This document shows positions 58,301 to 64,000 of a DNA stretch of 64,000 nucleotides, piece after piece; the stretch's first letter is position 1, and every line of letters starts with the position of its first letter. Both the position numbers and the translations under genes were made by a program. The stretch spans positions 3,264,001 to 3,328,000 of the forward strand of contig OZ253462.1 of the NCBI GenBank assembly GCA_965261395.1, read 5' to 3'. The notes below the pieces were generated by a model. That model was not told the origin of the DNA. It ran no database searches and saw only the letters and a list, made by a program, of their open reading frames with translations. Source of the DNA: Candidatus Latescibacterota bacterium (lineage in GTDB: Bacteria; Latescibacterota; UBA2968; UBA8231).

Positions 58301-59246
58301 CGCCGGTGCCGACTGCCCCCTCGTCCCGAATCTCCCCTCCGACTCCAGTGGACGCCCCGGGATAAGGCGCGATAGCAGTGGGGTGGTTGTGGGTCTCGAC
58401 CTTGATCAAGACGTGGGTTTGTCGCTGGCGGTATCCATAGCGAAAGTCCTCGTCTAGCTGCGGGCCAAAGACTGGCACATCAGAGCCCTCAATCACGCCG
58501 GCGTTGTCGGAATACGCCTTAACCGTGCCTTCGGGGTGAGCGGCGTGCGTGTGGCGAATCATGTCGAAGAGCGAGCGCGCCTCGCGCTGGCCGTCGATGA
58601 TCCAATCGGCATTGAAAATTTTGTGGCGGCAGTGCTCGGAGTTGACCACCGCAAACATCATTAGCTCCACATCGGTTGGGTCGCGGCCCGCAAAGGCGTG
58701 CAGCGCGTAGTCGATCTCCTCGTCCGAGAGGGCCAAGCCCATCTCGCGGTTGGCGACCACGAGCGCCCGTCGCCCCTCGGCCCGCACCGGGATGTGGACT
58801 AATGGCTTGGGTTCCACGCGGCGAAAGAGAGTCTCTAAGGAATTGAGCGGAGCCTCGATCATGCGGTCGTAGAGCAGCGGCAAGACCGCGCTGGGCAAGG
58901 TATCGGCGGCAAAGGCATAGAGCGTACCGCGCTCGACGCGGCGCACGAATTCGAGGCCGCAGTTTCTGAGGATGTCGGTGGCCTTGCTCGACCACGGAGA
59001 TGTCGTGCCCAGCCGCGGGCCAATGGCCACCTCGTTGCGCGCCCTCGCTGGAAGGGCCATGTCCACGTCGAGGATCCGCATGAGCCGCGCCAACTCGTCG
59101 TCGGTTAGGGTGCGTGCGCATTGCACTGCATAGAAGTACGTGGCGCGCAGATCCTCAATCTCGGGCGCACAACTCTGGCAGCGCGCTATGAGCGACCGGC
59201 GGCGAAGAAACGACAGGGCCGGGGGGCCGACAAAGGCGAGTAACAT
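55395..59246 (-). CDS. purL: Phosphoribosylformylglycinamidine synthase (large fused type)
   Basis: Motifs NSEHCRHKIFNA, KVETHNHPT, GYHKPIM, SIHDVGAGG, GKDSLSM, GGFSYGD, GVCNGCQ and MMPHPER. Start taken at ATG59246. Confidence 0.97.
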   Translation of the reverse strand: MLLAFVGPPALSFLRRRSLIARCQSCAPEIEDLRATYFYAVQCARTLTDDELARLMRILDVDMALPARARNEVAIGPRLGTTSPWSSKATDILRNCGLEFVRRVERGTLYAFAADTLPSAVLPLLYDRMIEAPLNSLETLFRRVEPKPLVHIPVRAEGRRALVVANREMGLALSDEEIDYALHAFAGRDPTDVELMMFAVVNSEHCRHKIFNADWIIDGQREARSLFDMIRHTHAAHPEGTVKAYSDNAGVIEGSDVPVFGPQLDEDFRYGYRQRQTHVLIKVETHNHPTAIAPYPGASTGVGGEIRDEGAVGTGGWSQAGLCAFFTSHLRLPGFAQPWEKERAAFPDRLATPLAIMTEGPIGSAAFGNEFGRPNILGMFRTLEDDSTGVWRGYHKPIMVAGGVGLIDAAHVKKKTPAAGDCVIQLGGPAMLIGLGGGAASSMDTGANSEDLDFASVQRDNPEMQRRCQELISRCISLGAENPIISIHDVGAGGLSNACPELVADVGARFDLRAIHNDDPGMSPMQIWSNEAQERYVLVVGRADLDRFAELAARERCLFAVIGEITGDGTLSLDDALLGGKPIDDLDLAVILGKPPKMLRRATRSRPVRQPLALEGPSIAEAAERVLRFPAVAAKTFLITIADRTVTGLVARDQMVGPHQVPVADLAMTCHSFQGYTGSAMAMGERTPLALVDAPASGRMAIAEAITNIAAAHIGPIHRIKLSGNWMCACGEEGEDAALYDTVRAVGLEFCPAVGVSIPVGKDSLSMRAVWENAEGAAHKVVAPLSLVVSAFASVDDVRRHATPDLKRVGDTRLLLVDLGRRQNRLGGSCLAQAYNQIGSEAPDVDAGDVRGLYEAVQTLLDQDLVLAYHDRSDGGLFAAVAEMAFAGRCGVELTINTLGDDLLAALFCEEVGVVIQYRVEDEEAVYKVFADQGIADLVHGVGQPVDGADDLHLRVRHRGDLIYEAPLLDLHAAWAELTYRMQAHRDDPDCAREEYEALADGQDPGLNFHLAHEVAPTIGGKARPRVAVLREQGINGQVEMAAAFDAAACGAVDVTMTDLLAGRVELSSFHGLAACGGFSYGDVLGAGAGWARSILFHDRLREQFAAFFERPDTFSLGVCNGCQMLSHLKELIPGAANWPQFVRNRSEQFEARFATVEVLESQSVLLRGMEGSRLPIAVAHGEGRVQFGDEREIERVRMQNQLCLRYVDNYGDPAERYPANPNGSPDGLTAFTSADGRATIMMPHPERVCRNVQLSWRPAEWTGEEGPWLKLFQNALAFAAQS

Positions 59247-59391
59247 GGGATACTTTCTAAAGGGAAAAGGTTTAATAAATGTAGGTGCTGCCATGGAAAC
59301 CCTCAAGATTGGGGCGGCGCCACGAGCGCATTTTTGCACCTATTTATATAATGTCTATCTTCAGAATCTAGCCCATGCAGTTGGAGGTTCT

Positions 59392-62193
<2,802 letters not shown>

Positions 62194-62203
62194 GAGCATT
62201 TGC

Positions 62204-63451
62204 ATGTCAGTACAAGTCGAAATACCGAGCATGGGCGAATCGGTCAGTGAGGTAATTCTCCTCGAATGGCTCAAGGGCGCCGGCGAGCGCGTCGAGCAGG
62301 ACGAGCCGCTCTGCGTGCTGGAGACCGACAAGGCCAACGTCGAGCTGCCGTCCCCAGCCAGCGGCGCCCTCAAACACCTACAACCTACCGACACCACCTT
62401 AGCCATAGGGGCTATAATCGCGGAAATAGAAGAATCCGCCGCGTCAGCCCCAGCGTCTAAGCCCGAACCCGCCGCGCCCGAACCCGCGCCACCCAAACCC
62501 GAGCCCGTCCTAAGCCCAGCCGTGCGCCGCTTAGTCGAAGAGCACGAGTTGGACCCGGCTGCAATTGAGGGCACGGGTAAGGATGGGCGGCTGACGAAAA
62601 AGGACGTGCTCGCCCACCTGAAGATTCTATCTGCGCCCGAACCCGCTCAACCGCCGCCTGCACCTGAACCCACTCAACCACTACCTGCGCTCGAACCCGC
62701 TCAACCGTCCCCTGCACCCGAACCCACTCCTTCCCCCGCGCCCACCGGTCCCGATCCCATCCGCCGCGAGCCGATGAGTCGGCTGCGCCAGCGCATTGCC
62801 GAGCACTTGGTCGCCGCTCAGCACAACGCGGCCATGCTGACGACCTTCAACGAAATCGACATGAGCGGGGTGATGCAACTCAGGGCCAAATACAAGGAGC
62901 GCTTTGCCCAAGTCCACGGCGCGTCGCTGGGGCTGATGTCCTTTTTCTCGCGCGCCGCCGTCCTCGCGCTCGGCGAGTTTCCGGCAATCAACGCGCAGAT
63001 CGACGGCACCCACATTGTGTATCACGACTTCGTCAATTTGGGGATCGCGGTGAGCACGGAGCGCGGGCTAGTCGTGCCGGTTTTGCACCACGCCGATCAG
63101 ATGTCCATCGCCCAGCTCGAAAGCCACATCAAGCGGCTCGCGCTAAGCGCCCGCGACAACAAGCTGGCCATGAACGAGCTGAGCGGCGGCACCTTTACTA
63201 TCACCAACGGCGGGGTCTTCGGCTCGCTGCTTTCCACGCCGATTCTAAACGCGCCACAAAGTGGGATTCTGGGGATGCACGCGATCCAAGAGCGGCCCGT
63301 GGCCGTGGACGGCCAAGTGGTTATTCGGCCGATGATGTACATAGCGCTGTCCTACGATCACCGGCTCGTCGATGGCCAGCAATCGGTCTCGTTTTTGGTG
63401 CGGTTGAAAGAACTTCTCGAAGATCCAGCGCGGCTGCTGTTAGAGGTATAG
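62204..63451 (+). CDS. sucB: Dihydrolipoyllysine-residue succinyltransferase (E2)
   Basis: Lipoyl motif ETDKA, E3-binding SPAVRRL...[11 protein letters not shown] and catalytic SYDHRLVDG. Confidence 0.96.
   Translation: MSVQVEIPSMGESVSEVILLEWLKGAGERVEQDEPLCVLETDKANVELPSPASGALKHLQPTDTTLAIGAIIAEIEESAASAPASKPEPAAPEPAPPKPEPVLSPAVRRLVEEHELDPAAIEGTGKDGRLTKKDVLAHLKILSAPEPAQPPPAPEPTQPLPALEPAQPSPAPEPTPSPAPTGPDPIRREPMSRLRQRIAEHLVAAQHNAAMLTTFNEIDMSGVMQLRAKYKERFAQVHGASLGLMSFFSRAAVLALGEFPAINAQIDGTHIVYHDFVNLGIAVSTERGLVVPVLHHADQMSIAQLESHIKRLALSARDNKLAMNELSGGTFTITNGGVFGSLLSTPILNAPQSGILGMHAIQERPVAVDGQVVIRPMMYIALSYDHRLVDGQQSVSFLVRLKELLEDPARLLLEV
62633..62731 (+). repeat. 27-nt coding tandem repeat (APEPAQPxP) x about 3.6 in the SucB linker
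   Basis: Units start at 62633, 62660, 62687 and 62714. Confidence 0.8.
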
Positions 63452-63483
63452 CCAGCACCGCATCCATGCAAAAAGGAACAACT

Positions 63484-64000
63484 GTGAGCGACACTGCATT
63501 CGACTTAGTGGTTATCGGCGCTGGGCCGGGCGGCTACGTGGCCGCGAGCAAGGCGGCGCAACTCGGCATGAAGGTGGCCTGTATCGACAAAAGCTACCTC
63601 GGCGGCACCTGCCTCAACGTCGGCTGCATCCCCAGCAAGGCGCTGCTGGAATCGAGTGCTTTGTTCTACAGAGCCAAGAAGGGGTTGGGGCACCACGGAA
63701 TTGGGCAGGGCGAAGTGGGCTTGGACCTACAGGCCATGATGGCGCGAAAAGACAAAATCGTCCAGACCATGACCAAGGGCATTGAAGGGCTGTTTAAGGG
63801 CCGGAAGGTGGCGCATTTCGTCGGCAAGGGCCAAGTCCTCGCCCCGGGGAGCGTGTCGGTGCAAGGTGCCGACGGCGAGCAGGTGCTGTCTGCCAAGCAC
63901 ATCCTGTTGGCCACGGGGAGCACGCCCGTGGAGCTGCCGAATCTGCCTTTTGATGGGAAACACATAATCAGTTCGACCGAGGCCCTAACCTTAGAAAAGG
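63484..64000 (+). CDS. lpdA: Dihydrolipoamide dehydrogenase (E3), 5' part, runs off the window
   Basis: AAGGA + GTG63484. Motifs FDLVVIGAGPGGYVAA, GGTCLNVGCIPSKALL and LATGS. Absent from the ORF track because it has no stop in the window. Confidence 0.95.
   Translation, partial: MSDTAFDLVVIGAGPGGYVAASKAAQLGMKVACIDKSYLGGTCLNVGCIPSKALLESSALFYRAKKGLGHHGIGQGEVGLDLQAMMARKDKIVQTMTKGIEGLFKGRKVAHFVGKGQVLAPGSVSVQGADGEQVLSAKHILLATGSTPVELPNLPFDGKHIISSTEALTLEK

Noticed and set aside
59247-59391. Defined sigma70 promoter between purL and sucA
   Set aside because: The region is AT-rich with TATAAT at 59347, but there is no -35 at a suitable spacing. Divergent promoters are likely but cannot be placed.

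Overview
GC-rich bacterial window. The gene content suggests Ca. Latescibacterota or a related FCB lineage, possibly host- or sponge-associated, but this is inference. It has five parts. (1) Two paralogous, shuffled clusters (0-13 kb and 37.6-50.8 kb) encode large exported proteins that I cannot assign to a named system. These are three 'family A' proteins of about 910-960 aa (acidic Ca-binding-like motifs, beta-strand-like C-terminus), five 'family B' proteins ending in an FTPNGDGxND/FlgD-Ig C-terminal domain with a terminal Tyr, two SurA/PrsA-like PPIase lipoproteins and one further lipoprotein. Together they look like an undescribed T9SS-like surface-protein export or assembly module. (2) An accessory and defence zone at 13-22.5 kb holds toxin-antitoxin genes, nuclease-like genes, an AAA ATPase plus partner, deletion-collapsed gene relics, and an ISKra4-type element with an 8-bp target duplication inside an oxidoreductase. 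(3) Genes for sulfated-glycan or sugar-acid catabolism: three sulfatases, an enolase-superfamily enzyme, a GH-like propeller, CBM9-like proteins and an ABC solute-binding protein. TPR and ASPIC/UnbV proteins and an IS30 element lie among them. (4) A glycine/sarcosine/betaine-reductase-like operon (grdC-grdA-grdB-grdE-like) has two in-frame UGA selenocysteine codons that the ORF track misses, each followed by a GGA-loop SECIS-like hairpin. It has no grdD or thioredoxin genes in the window and an atypical proprotein cleavage region. (5) Housekeeping genes purL, sucA, sucB and partial lpdA. No CRISPR array, rRNA or tRNA was recognised. All assignments come from motif recognition by eye; no searches were run.
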